Assembly: GCA_964390915.1 (NCBI GenBank)
Contig: CAYMJL010000010.1
Span: 5,731-69,730 of the forward strand
Direction: 5' to 3'
Length of the DNA: 64,000 bases
From: an uncultured Flavobacteriales bacterium
GTDB taxonomy: Bacteria > Bacteroidota > Bacteroidia > Flavobacteriales_D > Luteibaculaceae
Shown here: positions 50,650 to 59,807 of the stretch, piece by piece
How positions within the stretch are numbered: position 1 is the stretch's first letter
How the letters are laid out: each line of letters begins with the position of its first letter
Made by a program: the position numbers and the translations under genes
The notes under the pieces: model-generated
What the model was told of the DNA's origin: nothing
The model's input: the letters and a program-made list of their open reading frames with translations, nothing else
The model's database searches: none

Positions 50650-51015
50650 TTATCTGTCTAAATCGTCAAAATTTACCGCGGTAAAATCGTTTTCTACTTC
50701 GCTGTACTCGGCGGTCTGTAGCTCATTACGGTCATCAGAAGTATATTCTTCAGTACCATTTAAGCGCATTTCATCAATTTTGGCAATGGTTTCGTTTAGT
50801 CCTTCTACAAACTTTTCGAAATCTTCTTTGTAAAGAAATACCTTGTGTTTTTCGTAGGTAAACTTTCCATCATCGGTGTATTTCTTCTTACTCTCGGTAA
50901 TAGTCAGATAAAGGTCGCTGCCTTTAGTGGTTTTTACATCGAAAAAATAAGTGCGTTTTCCGGCTTTCACCGATTTTGAATACACGTCTTCTCTGCTTTC
51001 TCTTCCTTCAGTCAT
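50650..51015 (-). CDS. PUR-alpha-like (DUF3276) nucleic-acid-binding protein
   Basis: 121 aa with KAGKRTYFFDVKTTKGSDLYLTITESKK and an acidic C-terminus, typical of Bacteroidota DUF3276. Confidence 0.75.
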   Translation of the reverse strand: MTEGRESREDVYSKSVKAGKRTYFFDVKTTKGSDLYLTITESKKKYTDDGKFTYEKHKVFLYKEDFEKFVEGLNETIAKIDEMRLNGTEEYTSDDRNELQTAEYSEVENDFTAVNFDDLDR

Positions 51016-51067
51016 CTATCAGGGATTATTTTCAATTCTGCGGAAACAAAAATAAAATTTTTTCGAT

Positions 51068-52936
51068 TCAAGCATCTTTCGCAGGCGTTAAATTTGATTC
51101 TTCGAGCAATTGTTTCTGGTAAAGCTCAAAGTATCTGCCTTTTAGCTGCAACAATTCGCGGTGCGAACCACGTTCTACCACCTCGCCATGGTGTAAAACT
51201 ATAATGTGATTGGCATTTTTAATCGTTGAAACGCGGTGACTGATTAAAATCGTAGTTTTTCCGGCCATCACGCGGCTTAGGTTGTGCAAAATATCGTCCT
51301 CGGTTTGTGTGTCAACTGCCGAAAGACAATCGTCAAATACCAATATTTTCGGTTCTTTAATAATGGCCCTGGCTATAGAAACACGTTGTTTTTGTCCGCC
51401 AGAAAGTGTTATTCCGCGTTCACCCAATAAAGTGTCGTAACCATTTTTAAAGGTTTGAATGTTTTCGTGAATGCAGGCATTTTTGGCTGCCTTTTCGATA
51501 CTTTCTTTGCTCGCAATGCCTTTAATGCCAAAGCTAATGTTGTTGGCAATGGTGTCGGAAAACAAGAAAACATCCTGCGGAACATAGCCTATCTGCGTTC
51601 TAAGGTGCGAAAGGTGGTGGTCGGTTAGCGTAACGCCGTCCAATATTATTTCGCCAGAAGTGGGGTCAAATTGACGGGTGATGAGCGAAGCAATGGTCGA
51701 TTTTCCTGAGCCTGTGTGACCAACAATAGCCAACGTTTCTCCGGGACTTATCTCAAACGAAACATTTTTCAGCGCCTGAATACCGTTGTCGCTATAGGTA
51801 AAACTTACGTTTTTAAAACTCAGTTTTCCGTTAATTTCCTGTTCTTCCGATTGTGTGTTTTGTATATCTGGCGTAAAATGCAAGAATTCGTTGATCCGTT
51901 CCATCGAGGCCGAAGCCTGCTGATTGATAGAAGTAACCCAGCCTACAGCCGCAAACGGCCAGGTAAGCATGTTGACGTACATGATAAACTCGGCAATATT
52001 CCCCACGGTAACCGTGCCAGCAATGCTTTGTAAACCACCCACATAAATGGCAATTACGGTGCTTAAACCAATAAGCAGCGTCATGATTGGCATAAACAGC
52101 GCGTCTACTTTTACCCGGTCCATTTGGCGGGTTTTATACACATCGCTCTGGGCAACGAAGTTTTCCTGAAAGGCCTTTTCACGGTTGTATGCCTTCAATA
52201 CCCGAATACCCGAAAACGTTTCTTGCGCCAGCGTTGACAAGTGCGATTGCTGGGCTTGTACTTTTTCGCTTTTGCGGTTTATTAAATCGCTGACGTAATA
52301 AATAAGTACCGACATAACTGGCATTGGAGCCAGCACCCATAAGGTAAGCACCCAGTTTTCGCGCACCATAAACCAAATGGTGAAAATGAACAGAAACACC
52401 AAGTTAAGTGTATACATCACCCCCGGACCAAGGTACATGCGCACTTTGCTCACGTCTTCGCTTATTCGATTCATCAAGTCACCGGTGTTGTTTCGCTTGT
52501 AAAAAGCGGTGTCGAGGCGTTGGTATTGCTCAAAAATTTCATTTTTCAAGTCGTATTCAATGTATCGCGACATCACAATAAGGGTTTGTCGGGTAAAGAA
52601 TAGAAACACACCTTTTATGACGTAGATAATAAGATAGAGCGCTCCCAGAAAAATGGACATTTTCAATACAGAGCGGGTCACGGCCTCAGTGGTGCTAAAG
52701 TCGAACCAAGCCGAGAAATCGTAACCCAAATCGCGTTTTAATTCACCAAAAACACTGAGTTTGGGGTGTGTTTTAGCAGCAGAAGCAATAATCTCGGTCA
52801 TCAAATCGATGGCCATTTGTACAATTTTCGGGGTATAAACGCCAAAAAGGTTGGTGAGGATAATGAACAGAATACCTAAGCCAAATAGCCTTTTGTACTT
52901 CCAGAAGTATTTATTTAAAGTGGAAAGGTGTTTCAT
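51068..52936 (-). CDS. ABC transporter permease/ATPase (MsbA-like exporter)
   Basis: Six-helix transmembrane domain, Walker A GHTGSGKST, signature LSGGQKQR and Walker B ILVFDD. I chose the ATG at 52936, and the upstream ORF extension was rejected. Confidence 0.9.
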   Translation of the reverse strand: MKHLSTLNKYFWKYKRLFGLGILFIILTNLFGVYTPKIVQMAIDLMTEIIASAAKTHPKLSVFGELKRDLGYDFSAWFDFSTTEAVTRSVLKMSIFLGALYLIIYVIKGVFLFFTRQTLIVMSRYIEYDLKNEIFEQYQRLDTAFYKRNNTGDLMNRISEDVSKVRMYLGPGVMYTLNLVFLFIFTIWFMVRENWVLTLWVLAPMPVMSVLIYYVSDLINRKSEKVQAQQSHLSTLAQETFSGIRVLKAYNREKAFQENFVAQSDVYKTRQMDRVKVDALFMPIMTLLIGLSTVIAIYVGGLQSIAGTVTVGNIAEFIMYVNMLTWPFAAVGWVTSINQQASASMERINEFLHFTPDIQNTQSEEQEINGKLSFKNVSFTYSDNGIQALKNVSFEISPGETLAIVGHTGSGKSTIASLITRQFDPTSGEIILDGVTLTDHHLSHLRTQIGYVPQDVFLFSDTIANNISFGIKGIASKESIEKAAKNACIHENIQTFKNGYDTLLGERGITLSGGQKQRVSIARAIIKEPKILVFDDCLSAVDTQTEDDILHNLSRVMAGKTTILISHRVSTIKNANHIIVLHHGEVVERGSHRELLQLKGRYFELYQKQLLEESNLTPAKDA

Positions 52937-53048
52937 AGTTGCTTGTTGCTGGCTGAAAGTTGGTGGGACTAAATAATTCCCTACTTTTGCCACCTCTAAA
53001 AAAGAGTTCAGCAAAATTAAGCATTTACGCAAACGAATAAACCAAGAG

Positions 53049-54158
53049 ATGTTCGAAGTAAAAGATGTAGCAGAAACTAAATTGGCAGAGTCTTCAGTAC
53101 TTAGCCAATTAGCCACCCTGGGTCATGAGCAGGTAGTTTTTTGTAATGATACCGCAACTGGTTTGCGTGCTATTATTGCGGTTCACAACACGGTTTGTGG
53201 TCCGTCGTTAGGTGGGACACGTATGTGGCCATACGCCAGCGAAGCAGAGGCACTTACCGATGTATTGCGCCTGTCAAGAGGTATGACCTACAAATCGGCC
53301 ATATCAGGACTTAATCTTGGTGGTGGAAAAGCCGTAATCATTGGCGATAGCCGTACCCAGAAAAACGAGGCTTTGTTCCGTCGTTTTGGGAAGTTTGTAA
53401 ACAGCCTAGCCGGTAAGTACATTACCGCCGAAGACGTAGGTATTAACACCCGCGATATCGAATACATTGCCATGGAAACCAAGCACGTAGCTGGTAAGCC
53501 AGAGCACATGGGCGGTAGCGGTGATCCTTCGCCAGTTACAGCTTACGGTGTTTACATGGGTATTAAGGCATCGGCCAAAAAAGCTTACGGAAATGATAGC
53601 TTAACAGGTAAAACCATTGTGGTTCAAGGTGCCGGAAACGTTGGTGCTCACCTGATAGATTACCTGGTTAAAGAAGGTGCGAAAATTAAGTTGTTCGATA
53701 TTCATGAAGATAAGGTGAAAGCCATTACCAGCAAGCACAGCAGTGTGATTGCCATTTCAGGTGATGAGGTTTACACCACTGATATGGACATCTACGCGCC
53801 TTGTGCACTTGGTGCAACCGTTAATGACGAAACACTTAAAACCCTTAAGTGTCAGATTATTGCTGGTGCGGCCAACAACCAATTGAAAGAAGAGAAAAAA
53901 CACGGTTTGGAGATTCTTCAAAAAGGCTTGCTATATGCACCCGACTTTTTGATTAACGCTGGTGGGGTAATTAACTGCTACACCGAAGTTGTTGGAACCG
54001 ACCGTACTGCGGCACTTAAGCACACCGAAAATATTTACAACACGACGTTAAATATTTACGAAAAATCGGCTTTGGAAAACATCCCAACTTATTTGGCCGC
54101 CAACAAACTAGCCGAACAGCGCATTGAAGCTATCGGAAGAATTAAGCAAACGTTCTAA
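53049..54158 (+). CDS. Leu/Val/Phe (Glu/Leu/Phe/Val family) amino-acid dehydrogenase
   Basis: 369 aa with catalytic-lysine motif LNLGGGKAVI and Rossmann motif GAGNVG. Confidence 0.88.
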   Translation: MFEVKDVAETKLAESSVLSQLATLGHEQVVFCNDTATGLRAIIAVHNTVCGPSLGGTRMWPYASEAEALTDVLRLSRGMTYKSAISGLNLGGGKAVIIGDSRTQKNEALFRRFGKFVNSLAGKYITAEDVGINTRDIEYIAMETKHVAGKPEHMGGSGDPSPVTAYGVYMGIKASAKKAYGNDSLTGKTIVVQGAGNVGAHLIDYLVKEGAKIKLFDIHEDKVKAITSKHSSVIAISGDEVYTTDMDIYAPCALGATVNDETLKTLKCQIIAGAANNQLKEEKKHGLEILQKGLLYAPDFLINAGGVINCYTEVVGTDRTAALKHTENIYNTTLNIYEKSALENIPTYLAANKLAEQRIEAIGRIKQTF

Positions 54159-54184
54159 TTTTATTTTTTTAAGACTGTTGATCG

Positions 54185-55138
54185 ATGGGATTGTTAAATC
54201 GCAGGCATTTACGTATTAAGGTACTACAAGCGTTGTATGCCTACCAGCAGTCGGAAAATCATACCATCATTAAAGGCGAAAAGGAGCTTTTTCATAGTAT
54301 TGATAATATCTATGAGCTTTATTTTCGCCTTCTTTCCATTTTTGGTGAACTGCGCAGGCAGGCCGAACTCCGAATTGAAGAAAACAGCAATAAGCTTAGG
54401 CCTTCTAAGGAAGATTTAAATCCTAATTCGCGGTTTGTCGACAACAAGGCTTTGGTCTTACTCGATGAAAGCAAAAACATTGCTGCCTACATTAAGTACT
54501 ACAAAATAATGTGGTCGCAGGAAGAAGTGATGCTGCGTAAATTGTTTACCTCATTGACCCAAACCGAGGAATACGAGGCCTACATGGCAGCCGAGTCGAC
54601 CGACTTTAACACCGATAAAGAAATTCTTACCAAGCTTTTCAAAAAATACATTGCCAACCATCCGGCCCTACACGAATACTTGAACGAATTAAGTATTTAT
54701 TGGCAAGACGACTTGGACTTGGTTTGTGTTATGGTGCTGCGAACCATTAAAGACCTGAAAGAATCGGACAACGATTTTTTTGAGGTAATGCCCTTGTACA
54801 AAGACGAAGAAGAGGATAGTGAATTTGCCAAGTTGCTTTTTTCGCAGGCAGTTCGTTTTCAAGAAGGCCATTTTGGGTTGATTGATGCCAAGGCTGGAAA
54901 CTGGGAATTGGAGCGCATTGCCATCATGGACAGGCTGATTATGAATTTGGCACTTACCGAAGCGCGTCAGTTTCCAAATATCCCGCTAAAGGTTACCTTG
55001 AACGAGTATATCGAAATTTCTAAATTTTACAGCACCCCAAAAAGCAATGGCTTTATAAACGGTATCCTCGACAAAATTTTTGCCGAAATGAAAGCCGATG
55101 GAACCATTTCAAAATCGGGGAGAGGTTTAATAGAATAA
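54185..55138 (+). CDS. nusB: transcription antitermination factor NusB (long Bacteroidota form)
   Basis: 317 aa with N-terminal RRHLRIKVLQALYA and C-terminal EYIEISKFYSTPKSNGFINGILDKI. Confidence 0.85.
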   Translation: MGLLNRRHLRIKVLQALYAYQQSENHTIIKGEKELFHSIDNIYELYFRLLSIFGELRRQAELRIEENSNKLRPSKEDLNPNSRFVDNKALVLLDESKNIAAYIKYYKIMWSQEEVMLRKLFTSLTQTEEYEAYMAAESTDFNTDKEILTKLFKKYIANHPALHEYLNELSIYWQDDLDLVCVMVLRTIKDLKESDNDFFEVMPLYKDEEEDSEFAKLLFSQAVRFQEGHFGLIDAKAGNWELERIAIMDRLIMNLALTEARQFPNIPLKVTLNEYIEISKFYSTPKSNGFINGILDKIFAEMKADGTISKSGRGLIE

Positions 55139-55153
55139 CATCAATTTTATAGC

Positions 55154-55603
55154 ATGAACAAGCTTTTTATCGTTGGAATCTGTTTTTCACTGTTGGCCTG
55201 TAAGCAAACTGACAAAGGTTTAAGTACCGACATCATTAAAAATCCGGCTTCGGTTACCGAAGGTGAAAATGCAGCCTACCCAGAAATGACTTTTAAGGTC
55301 GAACGCATTGAATTTGGCGACATTACGCAAGGTGAAAAAATTACTCGCACTTTCGAGTTTACCAATACCGGTGCTGCCGAATTGGTAATTTCAAACGTAA
55401 GTGGGTCGTGTGGTTGCACCGTTGCTAACAGTTGGCCAAAAGAACCCGTTGCTCCTGGCGAAAGTGGTAAAATAGAAGTAACCTTTAATAGCGAAGGAAA
55501 AGAGGGGCAGCAGGTAAAACAAATTACCGTATTGGCCAATACCAATCCGGCATCCAATACAGTGGCTTTAGCTGGAAACGTTATTGCCCCAACCAGTAAA
55601 TAA
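55154..55603 (+). CDS. DUF1573-domain lipoprotein
   Basis: 149 aa with a lipobox (LLAC) and the SGSCGCT motif characteristic of DUF1573. Confidence 0.75.
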   Translation: MNKLFIVGICFSLLACKQTDKGLSTDIIKNPASVTEGENAAYPEMTFKVERIEFGDITQGEKITRTFEFTNTGAAELVISNVSGSCGCTVANSWPKEPVAPGESGKIEVTFNSEGKEGQQVKQITVLANTNPASNTVALAGNVIAPTSK

Positions 55604-55624
55604 TCTACACAAAAAAATAACAAA

Positions 55625-55948
55625 ATGATTTTTAACACTATTTTTTTAATGGCTCCGCCAGCTAAAGGCGCAAACCCAATCATGACTTTTTTGCCATGGA
55701 TTTTAATTATGGGGGTATTTTACTTCTTCATGATTCGTCCGCAAATGAAAAAGCAAAAGGAGTTGAAGAAATTCCGCGAAAGCCTACAGGTAGGTTCTAA
55801 AATTGTAACCATCGGTGGTATTCACGGAAAAATTAAAGAACTTAACGATACCACTGCGGTTATTGAAACCGAAGGTGGTCGTTTACGTATTGAAAAGGCA
55901 GCCATTTCGTCAGAATCGAAAGTGGAGCTTGGTCAAACAAACGCTTAA
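55625..55948 (+). CDS. yajC: preprotein translocase subunit YajC
   Basis: 107 aa with a single transmembrane helix followed by [11 protein letters not shown] and [10 protein letters not shown]. Confidence 0.85.
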   Translation: MIFNTIFLMAPPAKGANPIMTFLPWILIMGVFYFFMIRPQMKKQKELKKFRESLQVGSKIVTIGGIHGKIKELNDTTAVIETEGGRLRIEKAAISSESKVELGQTNA

Positions 55949-55957
55949 CATAATTTG

Positions 55958-56539
55958 ATGCTTAAAATTGGCATCACCGGAGGCATAGGCTCAGGCAAAT
56001 CGACAGTTGCAAAAATTGTTGAATGCCTGGGCTTTCCTGTTTATTATGCCGACGATAGGGCAAAGGTGCTTACCGAAACCAATGCGGAAATTTTAATTGG
56101 TATAAAAGCGCTTTTTGGTAACGAAGTTTTTACCGGCAAACAATTAAACCGCGCGGCATTGGCTCGCTTGGTTTTTGCCAATAAAAGCAAACTAGAAAAT
56201 TTAAACCAGTTAATTCACCCGGTGGTTCGGCAAGATTATGCCAGCTGGTTGGCACAGCAAAATACCACTATGGCATTTAGCGAAATTGCCATTCTCTTTG
56301 AAACTGGCCGTTACCGAGATTTTGATAAATCCATTTTGGTAACTGCTCCCGAAGCTTTAAAAATAGCGCGAATCAAAAACCGCAATGGCTTGTCAGAAAT
56401 CGAAATAAGAAGTCGAATGGCCAATCAATGGTCCGATGAGCAAAAAGCGGCCTTGGCCGATTTCGTGATTGACAACAGCGAAACCAAGGGTCTAATCCCG
56501 CAGGTGGTTGACATAATAGCTGAATTAAAAGCGAGTTAA
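55958..56539 (+). CDS. coaE: dephospho-CoA kinase
   Basis: P-loop GITGGIGSGKST and a CoaE-like length. Confidence 0.9.
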   Translation: MLKIGITGGIGSGKSTVAKIVECLGFPVYYADDRAKVLTETNAEILIGIKALFGNEVFTGKQLNRAALARLVFANKSKLENLNQLIHPVVRQDYASWLAQQNTTMAFSEIAILFETGRYRDFDKSILVTAPEALKIARIKNRNGLSEIEIRSRMANQWSDEQKAALADFVIDNSETKGLIPQVVDIIAELKAS

Positions 56540-56554
56540 TTTCATAATTATTTC

Positions 56555-56940
56555 ACCCTTTCAGGGTTTTGTTACCGGCTTTTCCCCGGTTAGAATAATT
56601 ACATCCCTTCGGGATTTGGGTTTATCATTTTCCTTTTGAAGAGCCAAAAGGTTGTTGTAACATAGAGTAACAATACCCTTTGGGATTTTGGTGAGTAAAT
56701 GTCGTTCTGAAAAGCCCGAAGGGCTGAAATTATGGTAACTAACCATAAGCTATCGGATTCTTGAACCCTGAAAGGGTGATATTGCTTGCGATGAAGTTCT
56801 GTTTCCTAACCAGAATACTTTCATCCCTTCGGGATTATAGTAACGCCAGACCTTTTTTAGAAGCCCAAAGGGCTGGAATTATTATAACAAACCATAACCT
56901 TACTTTCTAAAACCCTGAAAGGGTGATATTGTTTGTGATT
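56555..56940. repeat. tandem array of short stem-loop repeats (REP-like, period about 147-149 nt)
   Basis: Hairpins ATCCC-TTCG-GGGAT occur at 56603 and 56823, and AGCCC-GAA/AAA-GGGCT at 56713 and 56862. ACCCT-GAA-AGGGT followed by GATATTG occurs at 56765 and 56912, with an inverted copy at 56555. Confidence 0.75.
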
Positions 56941-56953
56941 AAATCCACCGCGC

Positions 56954-58270
56954 TTATTGCACATCAACCGGAATTCTACCCAGTGCTACGTTCCTAAAAC
57001 CGGGGTTTCGGTAAAGAAAATAAACCTGGCTGTTGTTTACTTTTATCTTCTCACAAAACGGATATTGTATGGTGGTTTTGTTTTGAATGTCTCCCGTTTT
57101 TGTTGTTATTTCATACAGGGTGTTTATTCCATTTAACTCGAATGCCGTATAGAATTTATTGGTCATTTTGTCCATGAAAACAGTGGGTTTCCAGTTTTTT
57201 ACCTGATGAAAATTTACAAGCTGCGTGTGAATTAATGAATTGGATTTGGAGAAAAATTCAATTTGATCCTTTGAAAAATTGAAAATAATCGGGGCGGTAT
57301 CTTGTGTAAAAAGTGGGGCGTAAATTTTTCCAATTAAAATTTGCTCCCCAAAATTTAAATCGCCCTCCCGATTTACGGCTTTCGCGAATTTAGTTTCACC
57401 GGGGTACATATCCTTCATGACCATTAGCCGGTCGTGGTACGCCTCATTTTTGGCCAGTCTCAATCCTGTTTCCGCCAAAAATATCGGTGGGAAAAGTTGT
57501 TGTTTTCCACTTTTTCGGTCGATGGCTTTGTATTGAAGAGTTCTAGGGTTGGTTGTCCGACGAAATGCATACATTACAACTGTGCGCGCACCATAGCTAG
57601 TTTCGGTAAAGAGATTTTCATCACTTGCCGCAATACACGGCCTAATTTTGGCATTAAACACTTCTTTACTTATCCCATAAATCAATTGGATAAGCTCTCC
57701 TGAAAAGTAGAGCAGATAGGCACTGTCGGAGGTGATGATGTGAGAATTACCAAAGCAATCTGTATACAATTCTTCGGGTTTGTTCGAAAGCCCGACTTGA
57801 CCTAGCGTGTCTAAATTCGAACTAAACAAGTAAAGGAGGTATTTCCCCGATTTATATGAACTCAATACATATATAGCTGAGTCGAGAAATGTATAATCTA
57901 AAACGGTAATATCTTCCTTATCAATTAACCCACACTTTTGATTTCCCGTTATGGTAACCGTAGATAATTCGCTAAAGCGCGGGATAAGTTCTACCAGTAT
58001 TTCCTTCTTAATTTTATCTACAGCAATGGTTTTACTAACATAACCTAAAAGTGAAAAAGTCAAGTATTTGTCAGTTTTACCCAGTTCAATTTCAAACCGA
58101 CCAGCGGCATTGCTTATTGTTCCCGTCTCACCGGCGCTAACCGCCACAAATTCAAGTGGTAATTTGGTTTTTGCATCTATTATGGTGCCGGAGATTTTTT
58201 GAGCTTTAGCGGCAACAAAAAGACAAAGGAAAATTGCCAGCAAACAGTAGGGAAGCGTGCAGGATTTCAT
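56954..58270 (-). CDS. CarboxypepD_reg-like domain protein
   Basis: 438 aa with a signal peptide, then ISGTIIDAKTKLPLEFVAV...GRFEI, typical of the carboxypeptidase regulatory-like fold. The rest is unrecognised. Confidence 0.62.
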   Translation of the reverse strand: MKSCTLPYCLLAIFLCLFVAAKAQKISGTIIDAKTKLPLEFVAVSAGETGTISNAAGRFEIELGKTDKYLTFSLLGYVSKTIAVDKIKKEILVELIPRFSELSTVTITGNQKCGLIDKEDITVLDYTFLDSAIYVLSSYKSGKYLLYLFSSNLDTLGQVGLSNKPEELYTDCFGNSHIITSDSAYLLYFSGELIQLIYGISKEVFNAKIRPCIAASDENLFTETSYGARTVVMYAFRRTTNPRTLQYKAIDRKSGKQQLFPPIFLAETGLRLAKNEAYHDRLMVMKDMYPGETKFAKAVNREGDLNFGEQILIGKIYAPLFTQDTAPIIFNFSKDQIEFFSKSNSLIHTQLVNFHQVKNWKPTVFMDKMTNKFYTAFELNGINTLYEITTKTGDIQNKTTIQYPFCEKIKVNNSQVYFLYRNPGFRNVALGRIPVDVQ

Positions 58271-58300
58271 AATGGTTTTAAAATGTGGGTTTTAATTGAT

Positions 58301-59131
58301 TTAGTTTTCTATTCGTTTTTTTTCCTTTGTTGGTGGTAGAAAATTCTCGCCAGTAACTACGCTTTTCCCTGTTTTGGCTTCAAGTTCAAGTCGGGCATTT
58401 TTGGCAACCGCACCGCCCTTTTTGCTGGCACTGGCATTTTCAGGTAATCCCTTTGCTTGTTCGCTTTCAGCAATTTGTCGGGTCGAGAGTTCGGCCAGTG
58501 CTGTGAAGATAAGCTCCGCCTCACTCATGTGATCTCTCAGGTTTTCGGTTTGAAGATTTTTTAAGTCCTTGTGTTTCTTAACCGTTAAACCCGTCCATTC
58601 TTCGTGTATAATGTTGGTTAACAGAGCAAATTCATCTTTTTCTTTTATTCCAGCATCCTTCCAATAGTCGGTTAGTTTATTCCGGGTTTCTTGCCCTGTC
58701 ATGCGCTGCTGAATCCATTTTTCACTGCGACCAAGCTTTTGCCAGTTTTCTCGCGCGCGATATAGGCCTTGCTCCGGGTCGGCCATTTCTTGCATACGCT
58801 CATAACCCACTTTTGCCAGCCATTGTTTAAATGGTTCCGCTTTTGGAGAGGGAATGGATTGAATTATTCGGAGTAATGATTGCACGGTGGCGACATCGGT
58901 TAATCTCATTTTGCCATCCGGAGCCATTAGTTTCAACTGTCGACAGATTGTCGACAGTTCAAATTCACCCTCCAGCTTAACGCGAATTTTCATTTTAAAC
59001 CAATAATCTCTTGCGTTTGTGCTATCGGTCAACACTTCAACAACGTCAATTACAGAGAAGTACCATAGTTGCTCTTGCTCATCCCAGTGAGTTCTTACTT
59101 TTTTTTCCTCGAATAATTTTACAGTGCTCAT
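58301..59131 (-). CDS. Bro-N domain protein (phage antirepressor/DinD-like)
   Basis: 276 aa. The N-terminus (FEEKKVRTHWDEQEQLWYFSVIDVVEVLT) is Bro-N-like. The middle and C-terminus (PSPKAEPFKQWLAKVG...ENLRDHMSEAEL) resemble a widely distributed Bro/DinD-type family. Confidence 0.72.
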   Translation of the reverse strand: MSTVKLFEEKKVRTHWDEQEQLWYFSVIDVVEVLTDSTNARDYWFKMKIRVKLEGEFELSTICRQLKLMAPDGKMRLTDVATVQSLLRIIQSIPSPKAEPFKQWLAKVGYERMQEMADPEQGLYRARENWQKLGRSEKWIQQRMTGQETRNKLTDYWKDAGIKEKDEFALLTNIIHEEWTGLTVKKHKDLKNLQTENLRDHMSEAELIFTALAELSTRQIAESEQAKGLPENASASKKGGAVAKNARLELEAKTGKSVVTGENFLPPTKEKKRIEN

Positions 59132-59209
59132 GATGATTGGGTTTAAGGGTTTTTAAAATTGTTTGTAAATCAGACAATATCGATTGAAGTAATATACAGC
59201 AAAAGAAAT

Positions 59210-59686
59210 TTAATTCGCTAGTTTCTTGGCTATAAATTTCTCCAAATTTCCTTTGGCCATTCGCCTTACTTTCTCCTTGAAAAATGGCATCCAGCCGAAT
59301 AAAAAACCACTAATGCCTAATGCTTGACTGGCCCAGTTGTGAAAGCTAAAACTATCACGGTGTTGGGAAATTAAGCCATCCTTAAACTCAAAATTGGCCT
59401 GAATACGGTTCACCACTTTTTTGCCGGTTTTGGAAAAGGTGTAACGTGCTACCCAAGTGGCTTTTCCAGTTTTGTCGTTGGCAGTTACCCCGGTAAACTC
59501 AATTTCCAAATCCTTACCATTTAAGCACAGCATTTCCCACATGGCCTTTACTTCGCTAGCATTCAAGTTAGTAAAAACTGCATCGCTAAATGTGGCTGTG
59601 TCGGCATAACAGCCTTGCATGCCTTGATAATCTTTGCTTTGAAAGCTTCGGTAGAATTTATGAATAAGTTCCTCATTCGGATTCAT
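59210..59686 (-). CDS. NTF2/SnoaL-like fold protein
   Basis: 158 aa with an N-terminal pattern (LIHKFYRSFQSKDYQGMQGCYADTATFSD) typical of SnoaL-like domains. Confidence 0.68.
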   Translation of the reverse strand: MNPNEELIHKFYRSFQSKDYQGMQGCYADTATFSDAVFTNLNASEVKAMWEMLCLNGKDLEIEFTGVTANDKTGKATWVARYTFSKTGKKVVNRIQANFEFKDGLISQHRDSFSFHNWASQALGISGFLFGWMPFFKEKVRRMAKGNLEKFIAKKLAN

Positions 59687-59807
59687 GGCGGAAAATTTGA
59701 TAATGAAATTTGACTAAATGGTTGTTGCTGTTTTTGTGGTTTAACTTAACCCGTAAGTTGAACCTTTTGTTAAATCTACTTCAATGATAATGCCGACAAA
59801 CTCACTC

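Noticed and set aside
52937-53116. 60-aa upstream extension of the ABC exporter ORF.
   Set aside because: It overlaps the amino-acid dehydrogenase start on the other strand. The hydrophilic extension is atypical, and MKHLSTLNKYFWKYK at 52936 is a typical ABC exporter N-terminus.
56561-56746. 61-aa ORF on the minus strand.
   Set aside because: It is a read-through of the hairpin repeat array (peptide motifs SPSGF, IPKGI and SRRD derive from the stems). It has no start context and is judged non-coding.
56555-56940. Possible CRISPR array.
   Set aside because: The repeat period is about 147 nt and the inter-hairpin sequences are themselves repeated rather than unique spacers. There are only about 2.5 units and no cas genes in the window.
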